This document shows, piece by piece, positions 1 through 9,845 of a stretch of 23,486 bases of DNA (the first letter of the stretch is position 1; each line of letters starts with the position of its first letter). The position numbers and the translations under genes were made by a program. This DNA is from Octopus sinensis (Eukaryota): NCBI RefSeq assembly GCF_006345805.1, contig NW_021834051.1, positions 1 through 23,486 on the forward strand, read 5' to 3'. The notes beneath the pieces are model-generated. The model was not told the DNA's origin. It saw only the letters and a list, made by a program, of their open reading frames with translations, and did no database searches.

Positions 1-264
1 CAGGGAAGTTTCGAACTGATAAGTTTACATTTGTTATGCTGATGTAGTGCAATTCAAAGTTGATAGACTTTATAAAGAGCTACACGTATTATTAAGGAGC
101 TAGGGGCGCTTTTTAGAGAGTAGTAGGAGGAGAGAATATAATACTGTTATGACAAAGCTATTAATAATATTAGAGGTGGAGGGTTACAGGAGAAGGTAAA
201 TTCAAATATTTTACAATTCAAATTTACTTAAATAATAATTTATAGCAAAAATATGAAGAGTTTA

Positions 265-1375
265 CCAAATGAGTAAAGGTCGAATAATACCTGTGTCTAT
301 ACAAGAGAAGAAAACATCTTAAAACCTTTTTAACATTGAAGAATTATACATACGCAGAATAGTTAATGATTTTTTAATACAGAGTTTACATTTACGTGTA
401 TATGAATTGTAAGGGAGTGCTCCTGTTACTATTGACCAGGATAGTTTGTACTGTATATTTTGTGCTTTGAGATTATGGATATGTGTAGCTAGTGCAGTAG
501 AAAATTTGGTTTGGGGGTTAATAAAAGAATTAATATGTGTACGATATCTACGCTTAATGTCTACTGTGCTCCCAATATACATCATTGCCTTGGGATTTTG
601 GGATGTCATCACAGTGCATTTATATATCACATATTTGCATAAGCAAAAATCTTCAAGAGGGCATAAATTGGATGTACGACAGTTACAGGATTTTTCGTTT
701 GTTTGATAGTCAGAGAATCTTCCTTGTGAGGCTAATTTAGGTTGACATATCATCGGTAAACTTGGGTCTAAGTGGGAGTTTATGACAGAATTGGAATGAA
801 TAGTTATGTTCGAACTGGTACCCACTATTTGGTAATTAGGGTTCGGGGATACTGCCATCATTTTAGAATTACTTAGCTTAGGAGAGTTAATAGCTGTGGT
901 ACTGTTCTTGTCCGGATCTGATTAGGGTTCTATATAAGGATTTATACGTTCATCCAGCGGGTCTCGGAGTTTGCGACTGTTGAGAATAGCTATGATAGAT
1001 CCTAGGTTAGGTGTGGTAGAGTATGAAATTTTTATGGAAGATTTATTGAAAATGGAGTAATAGATGTGTTGTGGCGGAAAGTTTCATTTTAAGATTGTAA
1101 AAAGTAATTTTGGTATCTGACCTGGAGGAAGATGGGTGGTGCGAACCATGTAATTTCACGTATCCCAGAAGGTAAATTGTGTGTTTATAATGAGCTGATA
1201 AGGATGGGGAGATTTAAAGTTACCACAGGACCGAGGAGGCCAATAGTGCTGTTGTATGTAATTTGAAAGCGGTTTTCGCCTGTGTTGTTTTACTTGTGAG
1301 AAGATGAGTTCATAGTGATATAGCCAGGGTTAATATCCGAAAAGAGGTGTGCTATTTTATTTTTGAAATTAGGAT
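265..1375 (-). mobile_element. 5'-truncated Penelope-like retroelement (end of RT thumb/linker plus GIY-YIG endonuclease), decayed
   Basis: Manual minus-strand translation upstream of the ORF gives REITWFAPP (plus ~1135-1160) and, after a frameshift, NFPPQHIYYSIFNKSSIKISYSTTPNLGSIIAILNSRKL (~975-1085). These resemble the PLE WFNPP and FP..H.L.KIFN..TVK.SYS..PN motifs. The element is cut off at its 5' side by the TACA array. Confidence 0.85.
319..861 (-). CDS. GIY-YIG endonuclease domain of the Penelope-like element (open fragment of a disrupted ORF)
   Basis: CNCRTSNLCPLEDFC cysteine cluster, then VIYKC...MYIGST...KRRYRTH, STALATHIH and CKLC. This is the PLE Uri/GIY-YIG layout. Upstream in-frame stops and a frameshift make it non-autonomous. 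Confidence 0.85.
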   Translation of the reverse strand: MMAVSPNPNYQIVGTSSNITIHSNSVINSHLDPSLPMICQPKLASQGRFSDYQTNEKSCNCRTSNLCPLEDFCLCKYVIYKCTVMTSQNPKAMMYIGSTVDIKRRYRTHINSFINPQTKFSTALATHIHNLKAQNIQYKLSWSIVTGALPYNSYTRKCKLCIKKSLTILRMYNSSMLKRF

Positions 1376-1442
1376 TATGTATGTATGTAGCGGATTTTTT
1401 CCCCAGAAGCCGCTCGTATTTTTGTACGCTCCACCGATTTTA

Positions 1443-1544
1443 TACATAAATACATACATACATACATACACACATACATACATATATAGACATACATACA
1501 TACATACATACATACATACATGCATGCATGCATACATACATACA

Positions 1545-1578
<34 letters not shown>

Positions 1579-2045
1579 GACATACATACATACATACATA
1601 CATACATGCATGCATGCATACATACATACATACATGCATACATGCATACATACATACATACATATATAGACATACATACATACATACACACATACATACA
1701 TACATACATACATACTTACATGCATGCATACATACATGCATACATACATATATAGACATACATTCATACACACATACATACATACATGCATGCATACATG
1801 CATACATACATACATACATACACACATACATACATACAAAGATACATGCATACATACATACATACATACATACACACATACATAACATACATACACACAT
1901 ACATGCATACATACATACATACATGCATACATACATACATACACACATACATACATACATATATACATACATACATAGATACATACATACATGCATACAT
2001 GCATACATACATACATACATACATACATACATTCATACATACATA
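1443..2045. repeat. (TACA)n microsatellite array with TGCA and TAGA variants and a higher-order period
   Basis: Direct reading; the landmark CATATATAGA occurs at 1481, 1571, 1661 and 1747. Confidence 0.95.
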
Positions 2046-2572
2046 CACAAGCAGCTGAGTGCAATCGGATACTGAGTGAATTAACATATCTTGCTCCTCT
2101 AGACAAGTATTGAGTTCTATATAAGTTAAATGTGTGCACCATGTATTAGAAAATGTGTGCTGCTCTTATTGGTACAAAGTTACTCACACAATTGCATTGT
2201 ACCTTCTCTCTGCCGTCCTTACCGCCTTACATGCAAACATATACACATTCATTCATACATACATACATACATATATACATATATACATATATACATACAT
2301 ATAATATATATATATATATATTATATATATATATATATTATATATATACACATGTGTTTGTGTGTCACTGTTTATAACTCTTTCTGGACACTTCACTCTG
2401 TTTTTATGTGTGTCTTTCTGTGAATGTAACTCTGTGTATATGTAATGTGGAACGTGTTTAATTTGATCCTCGACCCACGTCTAACATCTTCGTTTGATCG
2501 TACAACAAAGAATTATTCATGTTATTCACCCTATTTTGCTTCGTGTTTGCTTAACACGCTTTTTATTTGCAG

Positions 2573-2593
2573 GTGTTGATCAATTATGCCAAG
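2573..2593 (+). CDS. Candidate 21-nt frame-preserving microexon of an unidentified host gene
   Basis: Branch-like GCTTAAC (~2549-2555), pyrimidine tract CTTTTTATTTGCAG, exon GTGTTGATCAATTATGCCAAG, donor AAG|GTAAAA. It lies in apparently unique, non-repeat sequence. Confidence 0.35.
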
Positions 2594-3170
2594 GTAAAAT
2601 CCTAAAGACACTAGATTAACCAACTTTCACCCTCCCCTCTCCTTCTTTCTTATTTCTTTATTATCTTTTTTTTTCAAAACTTATCCTAATCTCGAACTTA
2701 CACAGGCAAAAACACATGCGCGGGCACTTTTGTCTCTGTCATCGCTTTTTACCATTCATTTTAGAGTTCATTGTGTCTATATGTATCGGGTATGTATAAG
2801 AAAGATACTTAGATAAATAGACAGGTAACGACATAGATTCATAGAAAGACAGGTACGTATAAGCAGACGGGCATCTCTCTCTATCTCACTCTATCTCTCT
2901 TTCTCTCTCTCTCACTCTCTCTCTCTCTCTCTCTGTATACACACACGCACACATTATATATATATATATATATACACATACATGTATGTATGTATATGGG
3001 CGCAAGCATGGTTGTGTTACGTCCTTCTATTATAGTCCTGAGCCGACAATCCTTTATAACTTTTTAAGATTATTTGAAAGATGGAAACGGGAGAGAAGCT
3101 TATCATATATATATATATATTATATTCACATATACACACGAGGACGGACGGACGGACGGATGGAGATATA

Positions 3171-3234
<64 letters not shown>

Positions 3235-3235
<1 letters not shown>

Positions 3236-3436
3236 TTTATTTTAAGCAGCAGAAAATTCAACAAAATCTGTTACTCTGAGTTTCTCGTTGCCGTTCATCA
3301 GACAGTTTTCGCTAGAGAAACTCAGAGTAACAGATTTTGTTGAATTTTCTGCTGCTTAAAATAAAGCATATTACTCTACCACTGGTATTTGAGTACTCTT
3401 TTTTCCACCTTGTTTCACATTTATGTGTTTACTCCG
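3235..3436. mobile_element. Penelope pseudo-LTR-like remnant with a perfect 52-bp inverted repeat
   Basis: 3235-3286 is the exact reverse complement of 3315-3366, with a 28-nt spacer. It is flanked by TA tracts and contains a hammerhead motif. Confidence 0.65.
3263..3309 (-). ncRNA. Minimal type I hammerhead ribozyme (one stem II mismatch)
   Basis: Minus strand reads AAAACUGU CUGAUGA A-CG-GCAA-CG-A GAAA CUCAGAG UA ACAGAUUUU. The core is intact, stem I is CUGU/ACAG, stem III is the near-palindrome ACUC-A-GAGU, and the triplet is GUA. The pair at 10.1/11.1 is an A.A mismatch. Confidence 0.75.
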
Positions 3437-3453
3437 GTATATATATATATAGC

Positions 3454-3529
<76 letters not shown>
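3454..3529. repeat. (GATA)n microsatellite
   Basis: Direct reading. Confidence 0.95.
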
Positions 3530-3530
<1 letters not shown>

Positions 3531-4159
3531 TCATACATACGCATACATATTCATATATGTGAATGTTATAAATATGTAAATGAACACGTATGCGTATATA
3601 CAAATATATATATATATACATGCACACACATTGATACACTTTCACTCACACACATAGGTATATGTGAGTGCTTGTGTGAGTGTGTGTGTGTAGGATTTAT
3701 TGTGTCAGTTTTATGTTTAGATGATGATCTTGTCTATGTTTCATTTGAAGCAATATATTTAGCAAAGTTAATATTTACTGTAGCTATGGTTTTCAACGAA
3801 AATGCTAATGCCTATAAATACGTCGTTGGTACGGCGGATATGTCTAAATGAAAATATGTGCGAGGGAAAGGAGGGATACAGGGGGAAGGAGCGGGTGGAA
3901 AGATAAGGGGCCTGTGAGTGGGGTGGTATAGAGAGAGAGAGAGAGGAACGAAAGATATGTTTTACACTAAATAAATCAGACGGAAATAAAAGCAACGTGA
4001 AAATTTATCCCTTACCCCATCAAACGAACAACGTTCACATGTATTCTTAGTTTTATTGAAATTAATGACAGTTATTAATTATAATTCATCGTCAGGTTTC
4101 AGTCCTCTGAGATTAATACATTTTGCTGTTTTTTGCTTTTGTTTAAAGATTACCGAAAT

Positions 4160-4790
4160 ACTGAAATTGGCTAAAAAGATCACCAGTGACAACAATATAT
4201 GATCAATATATATTTCATCCTTGCCATATGGCTGCGAAACCTGGGCTCTATGTCGCCGCGATATCCAAAAATTAGAATACCTTTACTAGCAATGATTTTA
4301 CTTCTATCTTGAGCATAGAATGGGAACAATCTGTGACTCACAATAAAGAGTTGGAAAGAGCTAACAGTCAAAGCATCGAATTGCTGATCCTGAAGCACCG
4401 TCTTCAATAATCAGAACATGTAGAAAGAATGGAAAAGTCAAGGTTCCCACGTTAAGTCTTATCTAGCGAGCACATTTCAGAGAAAAGATTACCGGGTTGC
4501 CCTCTTTGAAGATACAAGGACCAGCTCAAAATAATACTGGAAGCCACTGGACTTGAGCCTAAATCGTTTGAAACAGAGTCACGAGACCGAAGTGGCGGTG
4601 TACCATCACCATCGGAAACAAAATCTTCGAAACCACCAGAAGAGAAAAGGAAGAAATCCAATGACAGGAAAGAAAGGCTCAACAAAATCAACCTCATCCT
4701 CCACCAAAATTACCATGCAGTGAATATCATCGACCCTTCTATGAAAGAATTGATCTACAAGGTCATCAACGCCATCACCATAGAGGAAGC
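4160..4790 (+). mobile_element. 5'-truncated RTE-clade LINE, 3' end of the ORF (post-RT region plus degenerate C2H2), pseudogenised
   Basis: Frameshifted translation: SSLPYGCETWALCRRDIQKLE...IEWEQSVTHNKELERANSQSIELLILKHRLQ*SEHVERMEKSRFPR*VL...RYKDQLK...RDRS...CSEYHRPFYERIDLQGHQRHH. This matches the RTE LLYGCETW, W.GHV.RM...R.P and R.KD.LK pattern. Confidence 0.85.
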
Positions 4791-4854
4791 GTTCAACAAA
4801 GAAGAAACTAAATTCTCGAATACGAGATAAAGCCGACGAATATATTTTAGAGGA

Positions 4855-5022
4855 GCCAAACTGTCGACAATATCGATTTCAGTACTTGATTGGTGCAATA
4901 TTTTATCAACTCTTGAAGGATAAAAACCAAAGCGCACCTCAGCGAAATTTGAATTCGGAACATAAACAACCATAACCAAATTTCGCAAGGAATTTTCCCC
5001 GACGTTTTAACGATTCTGCCAA
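4855..5022 (-). mobile_element. SINE family A (tRNA-derived), degenerate copy
   Basis: Alignable by eye to 5062-5258 and to the reverse complement of 19257-19470 (TCGAC..ATCGA...CAGTACT...TTTATC...GAAGGAT...AATTTGAA...AACGATTCTGCCA). Confidence 0.6.
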
Positions 5023-5061
5023 ACCACTATATAGTTACTTATCAATAATAATAATCCTTTT

Positions 5062-5258
5062 TACTAAAAGCACAAGGTCTGAAATTTGGGAGGAGGGGAC
5101 TAGTCGATTACATCGACCCCAGTACTCAACTGCTACTTAGTTTATCGACCCCGAAAAGATGAAAGGCAAAGTCGACCTCCACGGGATTTAACCTTCGAAT
5201 ATGAAATATCAGAACAAATAGCGCAAAACATTTCTTCCGACACTTAAACGAGTCTACC
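5062..5258 (-). mobile_element. SINE family A
   Basis: AGTCGATTACATCGACCCCAGTACTCAACTG...TTTATCGACCCCGAAAAGATGAAAGGCAAAGTCGACCTC is the reverse complement of the body at 19257-19470. Confidence 0.8.
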
Positions 5259-5302
5259 TACTGTTCACTTTTATCAATAATAATTGATTTAAACTTTATC
5301 AA

Positions 5303-5492
5303 AAGGTTAGCAATTGCAGTGCATGGGTTATTCGATTACACTGAACCCCGTGCATGACTGGTACTTGATTTCATCAGTTCTGAAAGGATAAATGACAAAA
5401 GTTGTCCTTGGTGGGATTTTGATTGTAAACGTAAAGAGCCAGAAGAAATGCCACTACGCATTTTTGTTCGATGCGCCAATAATTCTGCCAGT
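5303..5492 (-). mobile_element. SINE family A, degenerate copy
   Basis: Same motif order (TCGATTACA...CTGGTACTT...GAAAGGAT...AACGTAAAGA...AATTCTGCCAG). Confidence 0.6.
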
Positions 5493-5659
5493 TTTCTGCC
5501 TTTTCAATAGTAATAATAATAATAATAATAATAATATAATAATAATAATAATAAGGGTTTTAAATTTTGGCTCAAGGCCAGCAATTTTAGGGAAGAGGAA
5601 AAGCAAAATATTAATCCTTTACAGGGATTTCAAGTCGGAATGCATAGCGGAATATTCTT

Positions 5660-5820
5660 TTCTCCTCTAGGTACGAGGCCTGAAATTTTTTGGGAGCGGG
5701 CTAGTCGATTACATCGACCCCAGTAGGCAACTGGTACTTAATTTATCGACCTCGAAAGGATGAAAGGCAAACTCGACCTCGACGGAATTTGAACTCAGAA
5801 CGTAAAGACAGACGAAACGC
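5660..5820 (-). mobile_element. SINE family A, 5'-truncated, low divergence
   Basis: AGTCGATTACATCGACCCCAG...CTGGTACTTAATTTATCGACCTCGAAAGGATGAAAGGC...GGAATTTGAACTCAGAACGTAAAGAC; B box GAGTTCAAATTC on the minus strand. Confidence 0.85.
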
Positions 5821-5856
5821 ATAGAGGAATATTGGAATGTTTTTCATTCCTCAGTA

Positions 5857-5887
<31 letters not shown>

Positions 5888-5948
5888 GATGATGATGATG
5901 ATGGTGGTGGTAGTGGTGGTGGTGGTGGTTGTGGTGGTGGTAATGATG
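5857..5948. repeat. Compound trinucleotide repeat (CTA)n-(GAT)n-(GGT)n
   Basis: Direct reading. Confidence 0.9.
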
Positions 5949-6129
5949 ATAAGGGTGCTGACGAGAAAGAGAGTGTTCATAAGATGTAAGATAATGGATG
6001 GCGACAAAAGATGCAGTAGAGGGATGTAGGAAGACAAGTAGATCGCTTATAAATGTATGGAATAAAAAAACGAAAAGTAGATTGAAACTGGTTCTCTACT
6101 TTTTACATTAATTCAACTCCCTTTTATTA

Positions 6130-6880
6130 TTAGTTACCGAGATATTTGACGGTCTTGCCCCAGAACACAACTGAATGTATAGTAGCGTACACAGTTGTGT
6201 ACTCTACTATCATTGAGATATGAAGTATCTTCTGGCCATGAAACCAAAAGTTAGTCAATGGCATCCTAACTATGTGAAGATGCTTTCGCCAGGAAGAAGG
6301 CTTCTTGGTGTTATTGAGACTCTGCAATTAACGTTTCCGAGAGTTCTAGCTGAATGCTCTACTGATTAAGGCAGGTGCAGTATAGTAATGTGTTCTTGAT
6401 ATGAGTAGCATGAGTGTTTTTTAAGGTGAAAGAGACAAGACTGGCATATTTTCGCTGGAGGTTGCGTTCGGGGTCTCTGTACAGGGAATCAATGTGAGGT
6501 GTATGTTGTCAGTGGATAAGTCATGGATGGAAAATGTTAAGGAGAAATAAAAGGTAGAGTCATCTATGTAAGAGAGGGTGGAGTTAGATGTAAAGGCAAG
6601 TAAATCATTGATGTATAGATGGAAATCAGTGGAGACAAAACTGATGCTTGGGACACGCAGGACTAGATTGAATCAGCGACGAAAACAAACGTAACAATAG
6701 CACGATCTGATAGAAAGGTGTACCGATAAGAGACAGATGGACAGGAAGGTTCGATTGGCATAGCAGACTCGATCGAAAGCTTTTCTGATGTCGAGGACGG
6801 CAACATTACGTTCGTCAAGTTCCTCCAAGTCAAGTACCCGCTTGTGGGAGATGGAGGAAAATAAGTGATCGGTGGATTTT
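6130..6880 (-). mobile_element. CR1/Jockey-type LINE reverse transcriptase fragment, decayed
   Basis: Minus-strand frames give STDHL...VAVLDIRKAFDRVCY...FLSDRAI...VSQASVLSPL..LYINDLL..TSNSTLSYIDDSTF (YADD-like) and later SSWRKHL. These match the LDxxKAFDRVxH, PQGSVLSP, YINDL and YADD motifs. Confidence 0.8.
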
Positions 6881-6882
6881 GT

Positions 6883-7052
6883 TTAACCCATTAGCATTTA
6901 GTTTATTCCGCCAAGTTAAATGCTTATATGTTCTAATTCTTTTGAAATAATCTTGCATTAACTTGTAGCATGGAGGGTCTCGCCGGTTTGAACATAAAAC
7001 ATGGTACAATAATTTGGGTCTGACACGACCAGTTTAAATGCGAAACGGGTAA
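6883..7052. mobile_element. MITE with TTAA-bounded terminal inverted repeats (piggyBac-like ends)
   Basis: Left TTAACCCATTAGCATTTA; right TAAATGCGAAACGGGTAA (imperfect inverted match). Confidence 0.65.
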
Positions 7053-7144
7053 GAATTGTATTCTGAATACCAAACCTGCTTTTTCACTCTCCCTAGCATA
7101 TGTTATATATATATAATAATATATATATATATATATATATATAG

Positions 7145-7175
<31 letters not shown>

Positions 7176-7310
7176 GTTGTGTGTATGTATATATATATGT
7201 ATTTATGTATGTATGTATTCTATATATATATATATAATATAATATATATATATATCTATATATATATATATATATATAGGTATATATATGTATATATATA
7301 TTTCTTTTTC

Positions 7311-7707
7311 TCTTTTAATTGTTTCAATCATTTGGTTGTGGCCATGCTGGAGCACCGCCTTTAGTCGAGCAAATCGACCCCAGGGCTTATTCTTTGTAAG
7401 CCTAGTACTTATTCTATCGGTCTCTTTTGCCGAACCGCTAAGTTACGGGGACGTAAACACACCAGCATCGGTTGTCAAGCGATGTTGGTTGGACAAACAC
7501 AGACACACAAACATATACACACATACATATATATACATATATGCGACGGGCTTCTTTCAGATTCCGTCTACCAAATCCACTCACAAGGGTTTGATCGGCC
7601 CGAGGCTATAGTAGAAGACACTTGCCCAAGGTGCCACGCAGTGGGAATGAACCCGGAACCATGTGGTTGGTAAACAAGCTACTTACCACACAGCCATTCC
7701 TGTGCCT
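7311..7707 (-). mobile_element. SINE family B (tRNA head, CORE-like middle, internal CA/TA tract), near full length
   Basis: Minus-strand head AGGCACAGGAATGGCTGTGTGGT (A box) and GGTTCATTCCC (B box), then GGCACCTTGGGCAAGTGTCTT. The tail GGTGCTCCAGCATGGCC...AAATGATTGAAAC recurs elsewhere in the window. Confidence 0.85.
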
Positions 7708-7786
7708 AAAATAAAATGATGAACCCTTAATAGATTTTTAAACCTTATTGGGTTCTCATCGGTGGGTGTCTACATCATATATATAT

Positions 7787-7820
<34 letters not shown>

Positions 7821-7878
7821 ATATATAATATATATCTTTATATGTAATATATATGTATGTATTTGTATCAATATTATG

Positions 7879-8234
7879 GTGGCTAGTCGCAATTTACAAC
7901 CTAAAGGCACAAGTACAAAACGTCACTAGAAGTGAATCAGCCACTGATTCGTATGGTATTTTTTATAAACTGACAAGTCGAGTTAGCTTAACCCTAGGCA
8001 GCGGAATAGTATCGCTGATGAGGATTAATTCGATCCGAAATCACCGGTGATCTCACTCCTTCACTTGCTATAGGGAGACAATAGATAGTCCTATTTGAAC
8101 AGAAAATGTTCTGTCCGTGGTTAAGAGTGGTCTTGACTCTTATTTCTATCAATGCTGGTACTGACTTGCACCTTTAGTTATTTTTAGTGACGTTTTGTAT
8201 TTGTGCTTTTTGGTTTTAAATCGTGATTAGCCAC
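7879..8234. mobile_element. Hammerhead-containing element bounded by ~53-bp imperfect inverted repeats (PLE pseudo-LTR-like)
   Basis: 7879-7931 versus the reverse complement of 8182-8234, about 80% identical by eye; hammerhead core between the arms; TA tract on the left. Confidence 0.6.
8004..8058 (+). ncRNA. Type I hammerhead ribozyme motif (complete core, weak stem I)
   Basis: CUGAUGA (8015-8021) GGAU-UAAUUCG-AUCC GAAA (8037-8040) UCACCGGUGA UC. Stem II is 4 bp, stem III is the perfect palindrome AUCACCGGUGAU, and the triplet is AUC ending at C8052. Confidence 0.75.
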
Positions 8235-8292
8235 TTTAATAATTATAACACTTTACCATTTTACTGAATCAGCCACTAATATATAAATATAT

Positions 8293-8500
8293 CTTTTCCT
8301 TGTTTCAATGATTAGACTGTAGCCATGTTGGGGCACCACCTTGAACATTTTCATGGCGAAGGAATCGACCCCAAGCCTTGCTTTTTAAGCCTGGTACTTA
8401 TTTTATCGGTCTCTTTCACCGAACCGCTGGTTTATGGGGACGTAAACGCACAAACATCGGTTCTCAAGTGAGACAAACACAGATACAAAGACACACACAC
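8293..8500 (-). mobile_element. SINE family B, 3' half
   Basis: Alignable to 7311-7510 (GCCATGTTGGGGCACC...ATCGACCCC...AAGCCTGGTACTTATTTTATCGGTCTCTT...CCGAACCGCT). Confidence 0.8.
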
Positions 8501-8917
8501 AGATAGGTATATATATATATTTAAAATTAAGGATAAAATCTTTATAAGAAATTATCAGTAGTTAGCGTGAAAAACCTCGTAAGAGAAAAAATCTGTAAAT
8601 TTTTCCACTTTGAAAATATTTATTTATATTATATAGAGGGTACTATTATTCATAGGTACCGCACGCTAGGAGGGACTTTTGCAGTCAAAACTACTTCAAA
8701 GCAAGTCATTCAAAAACAGAATTTAGTTACATATCACCTGTGATTTCGCAATCAATGCAGAATATGCATTCTATGCTCTTCAGTGTAACGAATTCAAGAC
8801 ATGTAAGGAAAAAAACACAATATAGCATACCCGACAGCCAACCGTAGAATTCGTCGTAACATGTACGAATGTTTATCTTTACATATCTATGAAAATGGCG
8901 GGCTTATTCGCAAAATA

Positions 8918-8989
<72 letters not shown>

Positions 8990-9369
8990 AGTATTGAATG
9001 AGTATCTTATTAAGGATAATTAGAAAGATAACTGATACCTGGGTAGCAAATTCACATCAGAAAGAACACGGTTGAAGTTACGTCCCTAGGGCATAGACTA
9101 CGTGTCTTCGTGCGGAAATTTGTATGTTTATTTTAAAATTATAAGTATATGAAAGAATGGAGTTGAACGACTAGTTAACAAATATCCTTCTTATGCCTCC
9201 CTCCTCCTACTTCGTTTGAACTCTTGAACCTTTAGAAACTTCTAGATTCTTCTACATTCAGCCACTCTGACGTCACTCTTTATAAAGAGACACTCATTAT
9301 CGCCATGGGCTCCTTGAAAGTGGTCAGCTAAAAGTTTTTTGTGCATTTTGATGTCGACATAAGTTCCTT

Positions 9370-9456
9370 GATTTTCCTGATGAGAAATCTGCACAATGTA
9401 CTCCTTATTCCTTCGGAATTAGGAATATGCAGCCTTCGAAACATATGTCGAGAATC
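9370..9456 (+). ncRNA. Type I hammerhead ribozyme with extended stem II
   Basis: Stem I GAUUUUC/GAGAAUC (7 bp, one G.U); CUGAUGA 9377-9383; stem II closed by GAA/UUC; GAAA 9438-9441; palindromic stem III ACAUAUGU; triplet GUC ending at C9449. Confidence 0.85.
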
Positions 9457-9845
9457 TCTCTCTATATAAACGGCAGTTTGTCTGTGCGTGTTTCTGTGTG
9501 TCTGTTTGCTTGTACCCTCACTCTGACCACGGCTTTCAACCGATTCTGATGAAACTTGACACACACATAGCCCAATGTCATAATTCAAATCTAACGCGGC
9601 GAAAATTTTGAAAAGTTCCCCCAGTTCTGAAAAAAATCGATAAATTCGACATGGTGGTCGAGAATCAAAAAAAAACTAAAACAAGACTGTCTAGGGGACG
9701 CAACTCAACCTTTTTTTACTCTCAAAAAAAAATTTACCATAATTTTTTTTTTCTATTTTTTTGCTATTTTTTGGCTATAACTCTCTAAAATGCTTTATAG
9801 TTATTTCCCTTACAAACCTGAGCAACGCCGGGCGATACATGCTCG
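9455..9845 (+). mobile_element. Non-autonomous Helitron-like element
   Basis: Starts TC(TC)nTATATAAA after a host A and has an internal TCTG/GTGT tract. It ends in the hairpin GAGCA-A-CGCC-G-GGCG-ATACA-TGCTC and CTCG (a CTAG-like variant) before a host T. It splits an older inverted-repeat element, and no TSD is visible. Confidence 0.6.

Noticed and set aside
1347-2142. Long ORFs such as MYVCMYVC and HTYIHTYI (also near 10000, 15600, 16800, 20550 and 21700)
   Set aside because: They are translations of stop-free microsatellites (TACA, TA, GATA, GA) and carry no protein signal.
4085-4110. Minus-strand GAAAC-CUGACGA
   Set aside because: Wrong order and no supporting helices.
9546-9560. CTGATGA inside the Helitron-like element
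   Set aside because: It is followed directly by AAC, with no stem II/GAAA/NUH arrangement.
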